In this document: positions 24,168 to 36,816 of the stretch, one piece after another | Layout: each line of letters begins with the position of its first letter | How positions within the stretch are numbered: the stretch's first letter is position 1 | Assembly (NCBI RefSeq): GCF_963921235.1 | Contig: NC_086108.1 | Span: 3,038,001-3,102,000, forward strand | Origin: Mobula hypostoma | Taxonomy: Eukaryota | Length of the DNA: 64,000 bases | Direction of reading: 5' to 3' | Made by a program: the position numbers and the translations under genes | Notes under the pieces: generated by a model | What the model was told of the DNA's origin: nothing | The model's input: the letters and a program-made list of their open reading frames with translations, nothing else | Databases searched by the model: none

Positions 24168-27120
24168 ACCATAAGAGATAAGACCAGAATTAAAGCATTC
24201 AGCCCATCGAGTCTGCGCCACCATGCCATCATGGCTGATCCTAGACCCCACTCAACCCCATACACCTGCCTTCTCGCCTTATCCTTTGATGCCCTGACTG
24301 ATCAAGAAACTATCAACTCCTGCCTTAAATATACCCATGGAATTGGCCTCCACCGCAGTCTGTGGCAGAGCATTCCACAGATTCGCCACTCTTGGGCTAA
24401 AAAAAAAAATTCCTCCTTACTTCTGTTTCTGCCAAACACTTCTCTTATGTTAACCCCTTCATTCCCAGAATCATCCTCATGAACCTCCTCTAAATTCTCT
24501 TCAATGACAACACATCCTTTCTGAGATATGGGGCCCAAAACTGTTGACAATACTCCGTGTGGCCTGACTAGTGTCTTATAAAGCCACTGCATTATCTCCT
24601 TGCTTCTATTTCTATTCCCCTTGAAATAAATGGCAACATTGCACATGTCACCTTTACCACAGGATCGACCTGTAAATTAACCTTCTGGGAGTCTTGCATG
24701 AAGACCAAGTCCCTCTGCACCTCTGATGTTTGAACCTTCTCCCCATTTAGATAATAGTCGGCACTATAGTTCCTTTTAGCAAAATGCATTATCATACATT
24801 TCACTTCCCAACACCTTGTTCCACTGTCACATTTTTTACCCATACTTCGAATTTGTCTAAGTCCTGCTGCAGTCACATTGCTTCCTCAGCACCACCTACC
24901 CCTCCACCTGTCTTTGTATCATCTGCAAAATTTGCCACAAAGCCATCAATTTCTTTATCCAAATCATTGACAAACAATGTGAAAAGTAGTGGTCCCAAAA
25001 CTGACCCCTGAGGAATACCACTAGTCACCAGCAGCAAACCAGAAAAGGCCCTCTTTATTCCCACTGGCTGCCTCCTGCCTGTCATCTATTCCTCTATCCA
25101 CGCCAGCATCTTTCCTGGAATCCCATAGGATTTTATCTTGTTAAGCAGCCTGATGTGTAGCACTTTATTGAATGGCTTCTGGAAATCCATGTAAATGACA
25201 TCCATTGCCTCTCCTTTATCCACCCTGCTTGTTACTTCCTTGAAGAACTCTTAACGGATTTGACAGGCAAGATTTCCCTTTACAGAAACCATGCTGACTT
25301 TGACTTAATTTTAGTCTCCAAGTACCCCGAAACCACCTCCTCAATAAAAGACTCCAACACTTTCCCAACCACAGAGGTTAGGCTAACTGGCCCATAATTT
25401 CCTTTCTTTTGCCTTCCTCACTTCTTAAAGTGTGGAGTGACATTTGCAATCTTCCAGTCCTTCAGGACCATGCCAGAATCAAGTGATTCTTAAAAGATCA
25501 TAACCAATGCATCCATTATCTCTTTAGCAACCTTTCTCGAGACTCTGGGATGTAGTCCATCTTGTCCAGGTGACTTATCCAGCTTAAGACCATACAGCTT
25601 GCCTACACTTTTTCTTTTGTAATAGTGATGGCACTCAGTCCTGCCCCCTGACACTCTTGGACCTCTGGCACACTGCTAGTGTCTTCCACAGTGAAGACTG
25701 ATGCAAAGTACTCATTAAGTTCATCTGCCATTTCTTTGTCCCCCATTACTACCTCGCCAGCATAATTTTCCAATGGTCCAGTATCAACTCTAGCCTCCCT
25801 TTTACTCTTTATATAACTGAAAAAAAAACTTCTAGTATGCTGCTTTATATTATGGTCTAATTTGCCCTCACATTTCATCTTTCCCTTCTTTTAGCTTTTT
25901 TTTAGATCCCTTTTGTTGAATTTTAAAAGCTTCCCAACCATTCAACTTCCCACTCACTTTTGCTACCTTGTATGCCTTTCCTTGGCTTTTATGCAGTCCT
26001 TAACTTCCCTTGTCAGCCACGGTTGCCTACCCCTACCATTTGAGAACTACTACGTCTATGGGACATATCTAACCTGCGCCTGGTGAACTATTCCCAGAAA
26101 CTTCAGCCATCTCTGCCCTGCCGTCATCCCCACCAGTATCCTCCTCCAATCCACCTGGGCAAGCTCCTCTCTCATGCCTCTGTAATTCCCTTTATTCCAT
26201 TGTGGTACTGATACATCTGACTTGTGCTTCTTCCTCTCAAACTGCAATACGAATTCAATCATTATGATCACTGCCTCCTAAGAGTTCCTTTACATCAAGC
26301 TAACTAATAAGATCTGGGTTACTTCATAACACCCAGTCTAAGATAGCTTTTCCCTGAGTAGGCTCAAGTCACAGGCTGCTCTAAAAAGCCATCTCGTAAC
26401 CATTCAACAAATTCCCTCTCTTGCGATCTGACACCAACCTGATTTCCCCAATCTCCTTGCATATTGAATTACCCCATTACAATTGTGCCTTTTCCAGCTC
26501 CATTTGCAATCTCAGTCCCACATCTTAGTTACTATTTGGAAGCTTATATATGATTCCCATTTATGTTTTTTTCACCTTTGCAGTTTCTTAACTCCATCCA
26601 CAAAGATTCGACATTTTTTGACCCTATGTCACCTCTTTCTAAAGATGTAATTCCATCTCTTACCAACAGAGCCACACCACTGCCTCTGCCCTCCTGTCTG
26701 TCCTTCGATACAAAGTATGTCCTTTAACGTTAAGCTCCCAACTGTGGCATTGTGTCGGCCACAACTCAGCGAAGCTTACAGTGTCATACTGACCAATCTA
26801 CACCACAAGTTTGTCCACCTTATTCCCAATGCTACGTGTAAATGCTACGTTTAAATACAGCACCTTCACTCCTGGATTCTTCGCCCTCTGTGGTACAATT
26901 TGACTCTTCGCTGTGTCTGCACTTGTACCGAATCATTAGCTCGTCCTTCCTTACATTCATGGTAGATCCATCATCTACTTGTAAACCTGCTGGGTCATCT
27001 TCAGCTCTATCATATCGTTTCCCATCCCCCTGCCATATTAATTTAAACCACTCCCAACGGCTCTAGTAAATCTACCCACAAGAATATAGGTCTCCTTTGG
27101 ATTCAAGTGCAACCCATCAA
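24168..27120 (-). mobile_element. ~3-kb decayed CR1 LINE (APE + RT)
   Basis: SGIPQGSVLGPLLF...FADDTK, EMADELNEYFASVFT, LVRPH. Confidence 0.88.
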
Positions 27121-27261
27121 AGGCGACAGTAACTCAAATAACCATGCGTTGCAACAGGGCTGTTCAGAGGAGCATCTCCAAACACACAGCATGTAACACG
27201 TAGCACATAGCATGTCGAACCTTGAAATGGATAGGCTACTGCAGCAGAAGAGACAAACATA

Positions 27262-27743
27262 CCAGGGGTGATTGATAGGTTCATGGCGTAAGGCAGAAAG
27301 AGTCAATTTTAGAAAACCTAGTGTATTTATTTTTCAACATAGTCCCCTCCCACATGTACACACTTAGTCCAGCAGTCATGGAGCATATGGATCCCTTCCT
27401 TGTAGAAGTGGTCCACAGCAGGGGTGATGGATAAGTTCGTGGCCTAAGGTAGAAGGAGATGAGTTATACAGCTCATATTACATGCACGTGGCAACTCTTT
27501 GAGTGAAAATGCAGAAAGTTTAAAGTTAATAACTCATCTCCTTCTACCGTAGGCCACGAACTTATCAATCACCCCTGCTGTGGGCCACTACTGGAGGTCC
27601 AAGACGCCGACTTTTACAAAGAAGGGATCCGTATGCTCCACAACCACTGGAGTAAATGTGCAAATGTAGGAAAAATTAATGTGCTAGGTTTTCTAAAATC
27701 GGCGTCTTCTACCTTAGGCCACGAACTTATCAATCACCCCTCG
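27262..27743. mobile_element. Mariner-derived foldback MITE with four TIR copies
   Basis: TA TSDs 27260-27261 and 27744-27745; TIR C(G)AGGGGTGATTGATAAGTTCGTGGCCTAAGGTAGAAG at both ends and internally at ~27419 and ~27578. Confidence 0.85.
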
Positions 27744-28651
27744 TACACTCTGTGGTCACTTTATTAGGTACAAGAGGTACAATACTTCGTAACGCGGCCA
27801 TGAGTGTAAATTGTACATGCTTGGCTGAGGTGAACCTGGAGTAAATACTTATTCTTAAAAACAAAGATTGTGTGTTCAGGTGGTGTCTGGTAAGAGTAGA
27901 ATGTTCAAAATTCAAAGTAAATTTTATGATCAAAGTACATATGTCATTATATGATGAAGTGATGAGTATTTAATTTTTCCTACCCTTTCCTCTCCTTTGG
28001 TAGTAAAATTGGCTTAAAGTCGATGTCTCTGGGTTGTCTGTACTCTGTAATGTATCTTAAATATCTTTTGACTTTCTCCCAACTTTTTGCGATGTCTTTA
28101 TCGATGGAGTTACAGAGCACTAGCAGTAGTATTACTTGGGCAATCACTCAAGTGGAGTGTGATGTTCTACTAAGAGGTAGTCTATTGGTGGGTCCACATC
28201 AGGCTGTAGAGGCAATCCGCCATCCACGTACTGTTCTCCACACTGCACTGGATGGTTGCTGTGGTTAGTGGTTGAGCTGTATGGTTGCTTAGTCTTTCCT
28301 TTTGCAGCTACCTTTTGTTCTCTTCGGCACTGCGGAGGTTGCCTCTAACAGATTTCCTCCATGGGTATCTATTGAGTGCAATGTCTTCCCAGTTCTTAAG
28401 ATGTGATGTGGAATTTCTTCAGGCTCATTTTGATGTTATCTTTGAAGCGATTGCTTTGCTTGAACACTACGGCACAGAAACAGGTGGCAAACTGTTATTC
28501 TGCCTCGTCCCAAAAACCCTTACCTGGACCATAGCTGTCTTATCCACGTACTTATCTAAGCTTCTCTGAAAGGTATGAAATTGCCATATGTAGATCATAG
28601 GACATAAAAGCATAATTAGCTCATTCAGCCCCTGGGGTCCACTCTGCCATT

Positions 28652-29027
28652 CTTACTGCTCATTCTGCTGTGGGCATTTAGAGCAGCAATCAAGATCCTC
28701 CATCCCCGGCAGTGTTCAGGGCTTCCTTTCCGGTGTCTGTGGCTTCCTCTCGGTTTTCTGTTCTGTAGGTCATGAAAGTCCCGGATTGCACACAGATGTA
28801 GAAGGATTCTTCATTGCTCTTTCCATAACAGTTTTGTTTGACCAGTCAGGGTTTTTAGCCTGGAGATCACTCAGTCTGACAGCTACTTTTGACCAATTTG
28901 GCAATGGGTGACTCTACCAAGAACCAAAGCATGAAGCCTTGATTCCAGCCAACATAGCACTCTAGGTTATTGAGACACGCAAACCTCCAAACCCTAGGAT
29001 CAGGTTGTGGTCCTCTTTGGAGGTCTG
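28652..29027 (-). mobile_element. RTE-derived bipartite SINE (second copy ~55455-55705)
   Basis: 3' end matches the RTE tail at 17340-17395; 5' part resembles the RTE 5' motif at 48720-48850. Confidence 0.6.
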
Positions 29028-29207
29028 CCATTATATTACGGTTGTTTAATAAACTCCATTCTCCTGCCTTTTTCCCATAACCTTTGACGCCTGACTAATC
29101 AAGAGCCTGTCAGCTGCACTTCCTTTAATGCTTGTTGTTTTTGTTTATAATTCACATCAACTTAGGGCTTAATTCCTTTTGTGACTTTTTGCTTCTGTTC
29201 ACCACAG

Positions 29208-29312
29208 GTAGGCACGAATGCCATGGACAGCCCACTACTCAAGTACAGTGCAAAAGAATACTTCTTCAAAGCAGCGCTCTGCCATTTCTGTGTCGACATG
29301 CTAAATGCCAAG
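29208..29312 (+). CDS. NAPA: alpha-SNAP exon (human exon 8 equivalent), [35 protein letters not shown]
   Basis: ACAG acceptor, GTACGT donor; 105 nt. Confidence 0.97.
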
Positions 29313-30049
29313 GTACGTGAATCCTGGAAAAGTCCCGTCTGCTTGCTCGTGAACAGTGCGGTGGTACAGTTAATAGATCTGCTGTCTCTCAGCTTCTGCT
29401 GCCTGCAGCCCTCGGGTTCACTCTTGAGACAACATGGTGGTGCAGTGGGTGCAGTCCGGGCTCAGTTCCCGCTGCTGTCCAGAATGGAATCAGAATCCGG
29501 TTTTCACCAGAAGGCAAGGTCATTGTGCCGGCGTAGGTACCAAATACCAGTGTTAGTGCTTTTGAAAAGTATAAAAGGTGCAAGGAGAGAGAGTTTTGTC
29601 CTAGGCTAGGTCACGGCTGGTGATTCTTGCTGAGACAGGGAACGGTACATCAAGCGAGTCAGAGTATGTCAAATCGGAGTTGGACTTCGAGAAGAAAATG
29701 TTCCTGAATCGTTCTCCCGGTGACCACATGGGTTTCCTCCAGGTACTTTGGTTTCCTCCCACATTTCAAAGGTATGCGGATTAAAGTTAATAACTTGTGG
29801 CCCTGCTGTGTCGGTGCCAAACTCTTGCGGTCTGCCCCCAGCACAATCCTGGGACTGTTGGTTATTGATGCAACTTGCGTGTTTCCCTGTTTCAACGTAC
29901 ATGTGACAAATAGAATTTCCGTCCTCTGGTGCTGACTGTGGAGTTTGCAGGTTTTCTGTGATTGTGTTGGGTTTCATCTGTGTGATCCCGTTTCCTCCCA
30001 CACCTATAAGGCATTAATTAGCCTCTGTAAATTGCCAGGATATTTATGT

Positions 30050-31090
30050 AAGTGGCAGAATTAATGGAGGTTGATAAGCAGAGAGATCTTGGGGTTCAAG
30101 TTCATGGCTTCATACAAGTGGCTACACAGGTTGATACGGTAGTTAAGAAGGCTTATGGAATGCTTGCTTTTCTTAGTTGGGGCATTGAGTTCAAAAGTCA
30201 GGAGGTTATGTTCAATGGTTCAATTTGGTATCAGGAGAATGTATACAACCTGAAACTCTTTGTAGACATCTACCAAACAGATAGAAGGGAAAAAAACCAA
30301 AGGATGAATGACTGAAAATGTTAGAACTCCAAAACCCCCCTTCCCCCACCCACGCACAGGCAGCAGCAAAAGCAGCAACCCTCCCCCCACCACCACCCAC
30401 CATGCAAGCAATAGCAAAGCCCACAGAGACCATGATCTAGAGTCCATCAAAAACTACTGTCCATCCCAACACTTCGACATCACTGTCTCCCCCATCGTAT
30501 CGCAACTTTGTAAAACTCTGGTTAGGCCGCATCTGGAGTATCGCATGTAGTTCTGGTCGCCCCAATGTAGGAAAGATGTTGAGGCTTTGGAGAATGTGCA
30601 GAAGAGGTTTACCAGGATGCTTCCTGGTTTAGAGGGCATGTGCAATCACGAGAGGCTGGACAAACTTGTGTTGTCTTCTTTGGAGCGGTGAAGACAGAGG
30701 GGACATCTGATTGAAGTTTACAGGGTTATGAGGGGCATAGATAGAGTGGATAGGGAGTATCTGCTTCCCAGGGTTGAAATATCTAACACCTGAGGGCATG
30801 CATTGAAGGTGAGAGGGGGTAAGTTCCAGGGATGTGAGGAGTAAGTTTTTTACTCAGTGAGTGGTGGATGCCTGGAATGTGCTGCCTGGTCCGGTGATAG
30901 AGGCAAATACATTAGAGGCTGTTAAGAAATGTTGAGATAGTCACATGGATGTGAGGAAGATGGAGGGATATAGACATAGTGTAGGGAGGAGGGATTAGTG
31001 TGTGGGTGCTTTTGATTTACTTTTCAGCTGATTCGGTGCAGCATTGTGGGCTGGAGGACCTGTCCCTGTGCTGTTCTGTTGTATGTTCTA
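30050..31090 (+). mobile_element. CR1 3' fragment, interrupted at ~30210-30495
   Basis: RDLGVQVH...VKKAYGMLAF, LVRPHLEY. Confidence 0.75.
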
Positions 31091-31789
31091 TGTTTGAGAG
31101 TACACTGGAGATTGGTGTAGATGGGTGTTTGGTAGTTGGTGTGGACTCGGTGCTTTATGATTCTAGGATTAACTTCTACCTGAGAGAGTTGGAACTGATT
31201 TGATGGCAGTATTCTGTGTTGATTTTAATGGTGACAAATGCACAACATGCTGCACCTCTGGAATTTAGGTGAGATTTGACTAGAGATGCTAATTATAGGA
31301 TGTAGGTCTTTCTGGCAAGGCCAGGATTTGTTGGTGAATAATTCAAGCCACTGTAGTTAAATGAGGAAAGTTTGCAATTAATGCAAATTTATGGGCATCC
31401 TAAAGAAAGTGTATGCTCTATTGCCCTTCATTAGTCGGGTGATTGAGTATAGTGCCGCGGAATAATGTTGCAGCTCCATAAAATCTGGGTAAGACCGCAT
31501 TTGGAGTATTGTGGTCAGTTCAGGTCCCCTCATTATACTGTTGTGATGTGAACAAAGTCATCAGAAAAAGACTGAAGCTAGTGGATACAGAAGTGATTTA
31601 TTCAACCAAAACAAGCAGCAGGCATCATATTGAGACCGTTTTGGAGGAAGAGGCCTGTTGACCCAACATTACATGACATTTTATATGCTACAGATCAAAG
31701 AACAATTCTATATTTGAATGAACAATGAACAATTCATTGACCAATTCTATATTTTAACCTTTAGGGTAGAAACTTCTGGATTGCTGCCT

Positions 31790-34700
31790 GAGCCACGCAC
31801 CAGTGAGGGTAGAAACAGGATGATTTGCCAGAATAATGTTTGGCTGAGAAGCTGGGGCAGGCGGCAGGGGGCAGGGCTCCAGAACTTGGATCATTGGGAT
31901 CTATTCTGGTGGACGTATGACTTGTTCAAAAGTGATGGGTTGCACCTGAACCCAAGGAGGGCCAATATTCTCACGGGCAGGTTTGTTAGAGCTGTTGGAG
32001 AGAGTTTAAACAACTTGGCAGGGGGATGGGGACCAGAGTGAAGGGATTCAGGATAGGGCAGCTGGTAAAAAAACAAAGATAGTGTGCAGTCAGACTGTCA
32101 GGAAGGGCAGGCAGATGATAGGACATGATTGCAGCCAGCATGGTAAGTATCGGTGCATTTCAGATGCAGAATCAAATAAAGTACGCAAAGTGTAATAGCT
32201 CAATGCATGGAGTATAAGAAATAAGGTGGGTAATCTTCTTGTACTATTACATATTGACAGGTCTCATGTTGTGGCCATCACTGAATCATGGCTGAAGGAT
32301 GGTTGTAGTTTGTATCGGAGGGATAGGAAGGTAGTCAGGGGGTGGTGTGGCTCTGCTGGTAAAGAATGGCATTACATCAGTAGAAAGATAAGACATAGGA
32401 TCAGAAGATGTTGAAGCCTTGTGGGTTGAGCTAAGAAACTGCAGGGTAAAAGGATCCTGATGGCAGTTACATACAGGCCTCCCAACAAAAGCTGCGGTGT
32501 GGACCACTGATTACAATGGAAATAGAAAAGGCGTGTCAAAAAGGCAAATTTATGATAGTCATGGGAGATTTCAACATACAGGTCGATTGTGAAAATCAGG
32601 TTGGTAACTATATAAGAGAGTGAGTTTGTTGAATGCCTACGAGATGGCGTTTTAGAGCAGTTTGTCGTTGAGCCCACTAGAGGATCAGCTATACTGGATT
32701 GGGCGTTATGTAATGAACTGGAGGTGATTGGAGAGCTTAAGGTAAAAGAGCCCTTGGGAGACAGTGATCACAAAATGATTGAGTTCAACTTGAAATTTGA
32801 GAGGGAGAAAGTAAAGTCTGATGTAGCAGTATTTCAGTGGAGTAAAGGAAATTACAATAGTATGAGAGAGGAGCTGGCCAAAGTAAATTAGAAGGAAATG
32901 CTGGCAGGGATGACAGCAGAGCAACAATGGCTTGAGTTTCTGGGAAAAATGAGGGAGGTGCAGAACAGATGTATTACAAAAAACAAAATACTCAAATGGC
33001 AAAATAGTACAACCGTGGCTGACAAGGGAAGTCAAAGCTAGCGTAAAAGGTAAAGAGAGGGCATAGAACAAAGCAAAAATCAGCGGGATGGTAGAGGATT
33101 GGGAAGTTTTGTAAAAACCTACAGAGAGCAACCAGAAGAATCATTAGGAGGGAAAAGATGCAATATGAAAGCAAGCTAGCAAACAACATCAAAGTGGACA
33201 GTAAAAGCATTTTTAAGTATGTAAAATAAATAAGAGATGAAAGTGGATATAGGACTGCTTGAAAATGAGGCTGGACAAATAATAATGGGGGATGAGGAGA
33301 TGGCAGAGGAATTAAATGAGTATTTCACTGTGGAAGACATTAGCAGTATGTCAGATGTTGTAGTGTGTGAAGGAAGAGAAGTGGGTGTAGTTACTATTAC
33401 AAGGGAGAAGGTGCTCAAAACGCTGAAAGACCTCAGGATGCATAAGCCACCCGGACCAGATGAACTGCATCCTAGGGTTCTGAAAGAGGTAGTGGTAGAG
33501 ATTGTGGAGGCCTGAGTAATGTTCTTTCAAAAATCATTGGACTCTGGCATTATTGCAAATGTCACTCCACTCTTTAAGAAAGTAGCAAGGCAGCAGAAAG
33601 GAAATTGTAGACTCGTTAGCCTGACCTCAGTGGTTGAGAAGATGTTGGAGTTAATTGTCAAGTATGAGGCTATGGAGGACTTGGTGACGCAGGATAAGAT
33701 AGGTCAAAGTCAGCATGGTTTCCTCAAGGAAAAATCTTGCCTGATGAACCTGTTGGAAATCTTTGAGGAGATTACAAGTAGGATAAATAAAGGGGATGCA
33801 GTCGTTGTTGTATATTTGGACTTTCAGAAGGCCTTTGACAAGGTGCCACACATGAGGCTGCTTACCAAGTTAAGAGCCCATGGTATTACAGGAAAGTTAC
33901 TGACATTGTTAGAGCACTGGCTGATTGGTAGGAGGCAGCGAGTGGGGATAAAAGGATCTCTTCTGGTTGGCTGCCAGTGAGTAGTGGGGTTCCACAGGGG
34001 TCAGTGTTGGGACTGTTTTTTTTAAAATACTGTATATTAGTGATTTAGATAGAATAGATGGCCTTGCTGGCAAGTTTGCAGATGATACAAAGGTTGGTGG
34101 AGGAGGCAGGTACTGCTGAGGAAACAGGAAGGCTGCAGAGGGACTAAAGGCTGATTTATACTTCTGTGTCAAATTGATGCCATAGGTACGGTGTAGCCGT
34201 GAACCCTACGCAGTGCCTACGCGGATCCCTACGCCGTAGCCTGACGCGCACCTCTCCCAAAATGTGACTACGCGTCACGGCAAGGCAGATCGCAACAACT
34301 GTGATTGGTCCGCCTGGTAGCATCGCATTTCCTCCTACCTGCAATAGCTTCCCATTGGGCAACTGAAGGGCAGGGAGGGAACTCTGGCTGCAATGCTTTC
34401 CATAAAGCTTTACAGACCTCCGAAATTATGGAGGACACATTTCGCTTTTACGAGAAAAGACGCTCGTTTTAAACTTGTTTACCCCGAGAAAGACTAACAT
34501 GACCATGAAGCCTTGCATGGGCAGGTGTGTGCACATGCGTGACGTGCACGAATTGCAGAGAGACGCAGACACACCAATGCACAAGTATAAATGCTCACAA
34601 TGGCGTAGGCCGCTTGCGCAGGCTATGGCACAAGCTTGACGCACAAGTATAAGTCAGCCTTTAGACAGAATAGGAGAATGGGGACGAAAGTGGCAAATGA

Positions 34701-35490
34701 AATACAATGTTGGAAAATGCATGGTCATGCTCTTTGGTAGTAGTAATAAATGTGTGGACTATTTTTTGAATGGAGAGAAAATCCAAAAATCTGATAACAC
34801 CTTAAAGGTTAACTTGCAGGTAGAGTCAGTGGTGAGGAAGGAAAGGCAATGTTAGTATTCATTTCAAGAGGTCTAAAATACAAGAGCAGGGATGTGATGC
34901 TGAGGCTTTATAAGGCATTGGTGAGGCCTCACCTTGAGTATTGTGAACAGTTTTGGGCTCCTTGTCTAAGAGAAGATATGCTGGCGTTGGAGAGGGTCCA
35001 TAGGAGGCTCACAAAGATAATTCCAGGAATTAAAGGTTTATCATATGAGGAATGTTTGATGGCTCTGGGTCTGTACTCACTGGAATTTAGAAGAATGAGG
35101 GCGTGGATCTCATTGAAACCTTTCAAATGTTGAAAGGCCTAGACGGAGTAGATGTGGAAAGGATGTTTCCCATGGTGGGGGAGTCTAGGACAAGAGCGCG
35201 CAGCCTCAGATAGACGGATGTCCATTTAAAGCAGAGATGCAGATATATCTCTTTAGCCAGAAGATGGTGAATTTGTGGAATTTGTTGCCACAGGCAGCTG
35301 TGGAAGCCAGATCGTTGGGTGTATTTAAGACAGAGAGGTTCTTGATTGGACATGGCATCAATGTTTATAGGGAAAAGGCTGGAGAGGTGGGGCTGAGGAG
35401 GGGAAAAAAGATTCAGCCATGATTGAATGGCGGAGCAGACTCGATGGGCCAAATGTCCTAATTCTGCTCCTATGTCTTATGGTCCTATAT
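31790..35490 (+). mobile_element. Long decayed CR1 LINE (ORF1 esterase remnant + ORF2)
   Basis: DGLHLN (SGNH esterase), ITESWL, YLDFQKAFDKVPH, LVRPHLEYC. Confidence 0.9.
34148..34660. mobile_element. CpG-rich non-autonomous DNA transposon, probably PIF/Harbinger
   Basis: TIRs AGGCTGATTTATACTT / AAGTATAAGTCAGCCT flanked by TAA and TTA; interrupts the CR1 at GGAC-TTA-GACAG. Confidence 0.75.
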
Positions 35491-36696
35491 ATTTACAATG
35501 TATCTACAATGCTTCCTTTGAATTACATAAAATTTTCACACCTACTTAGCACTCACGCTCCAGACACCTAAAATGAATGTTAATCATCGTTGTTTGGTTT
35601 TTCAAGTATGTCCTACCACAGCTCCAGCAACTTGTTGTCCAGAGTTGTATTTGAAGTTTAATCTACAATCCACTTTCAGGTCTAAAGATGGGTTGTGAAG
35701 TTAATATTTTGCTTTGTACTCCGAAGTCCAGAATATGTCCTAACAATAGGAAGGATGTGGAATCTTTAGAGAGGGTGCAGAGGAGATTTACGAGGATGCT
35801 GCCTAGACTAGAGAATAGAGATAGGAGAATAGGTTGAGCAAGCTAGGGATTTTCTCTTTGGAGCAAAGGAGGATGAGAGGTGATTTGATAGAGATGTAGA
35901 AGATCATAAGAGGCAGAATTTCAGTAGACAACCAGGGACCTTTTTTCCCCAGGGTGGAAAGGGCTAATGAAAGGAGGTATAACTTAAAGCCGTTTGGAGG
36001 AAATTATAGGGGAAAGTCAGATGTAGTTTTTTGTTTAAACACAGTGGTGGGTGTTTGGAATGCCCTGCTGGGGGTGATGGCAGCTATATTGGGGACATTT
36101 AAGAAATTCTTAGCAACACACAAAATGCTGGAAGAACTCAGCAGGTCTGGCGGCATCTGTGGAAATGAATAAACATTCAACGTTTCAGGCTGAGACCAGG
36201 AAGAAGTCAGAATAAAAAGGTGGGGGGAGGGTAAGGGAGCTAGCTGGAAGGTGATAGGTGAAGCCAGGTGGGTGGGAAAGGTCAAGGGCTGGAGAAGAAG
36301 GAATCTGATAGGAGAGAAGAGTATACCATAGGAGAAAGGGAAGGAGGAGAGGACCCAATGGGAAGTAATAGGCAGGTGAGAAGAGGTAAAGGGGGGGGAA
36401 TGATTTTTTTTAAACTTGTAGGAGAAATCGATATTCATGCTATCAGACCGCAGGCTACCCAGACAGAATATAAGGTATTAAGGTGGCCTCATCTTGGCAC
36501 AAGAGGAAGCCATGGACTGACATGTCAAAATGGGAATAGGAATTAAAATTTTTGCCAGCAGGAAGGTCCACATGTGGCAGATGGAACCAAGGTACTTTGA
36601 TAAACACACGAATGATAGCAAAACGGAGGGAGGGGTTAGACTGATCTTAGAGTAGATTAAAGTAAATTTCATCCAGAAATGCTTTTCATTCTGCAG

Positions 36697-36816
36697 CTGG
36701 CAGTAACCAAGTATGAGGAGATGTTCCCAGCCTTCTCAGATTCCAGAGAGTATAAACTAGTCAAGAAACTCCTGGATGCTTTTGAAGACCAGAATGTTGA
36801 CGGCTACACCGATGCA
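36697..36816 (+). CDS. NAPA: alpha-SNAP exon [40 protein letters not shown] (spans human exons 9+10)
   Basis: CTGCAG acceptor, GTAAGT donor; 120 nt, in frame. Confidence 0.96.

Larger units (their letters stand above)
23830..27810 (+). mobile_element. Tc1-derived element split by a CR1 (24168-27120) and a mariner MITE (27262-27743)
   Basis: GACAGGAAG|...|AGGCGACAGTAACTCAAAT is contiguous in the sister copy at ~14110-14140. Confidence 0.7.

Noticed and set aside
29181..29609. Long ORFs around NAPA exons (also 21308-21595, 36679-36867) as standalone genes
   Set aside because: Only the splice-bounded parts match alpha-SNAP; the rest is intron read-through.
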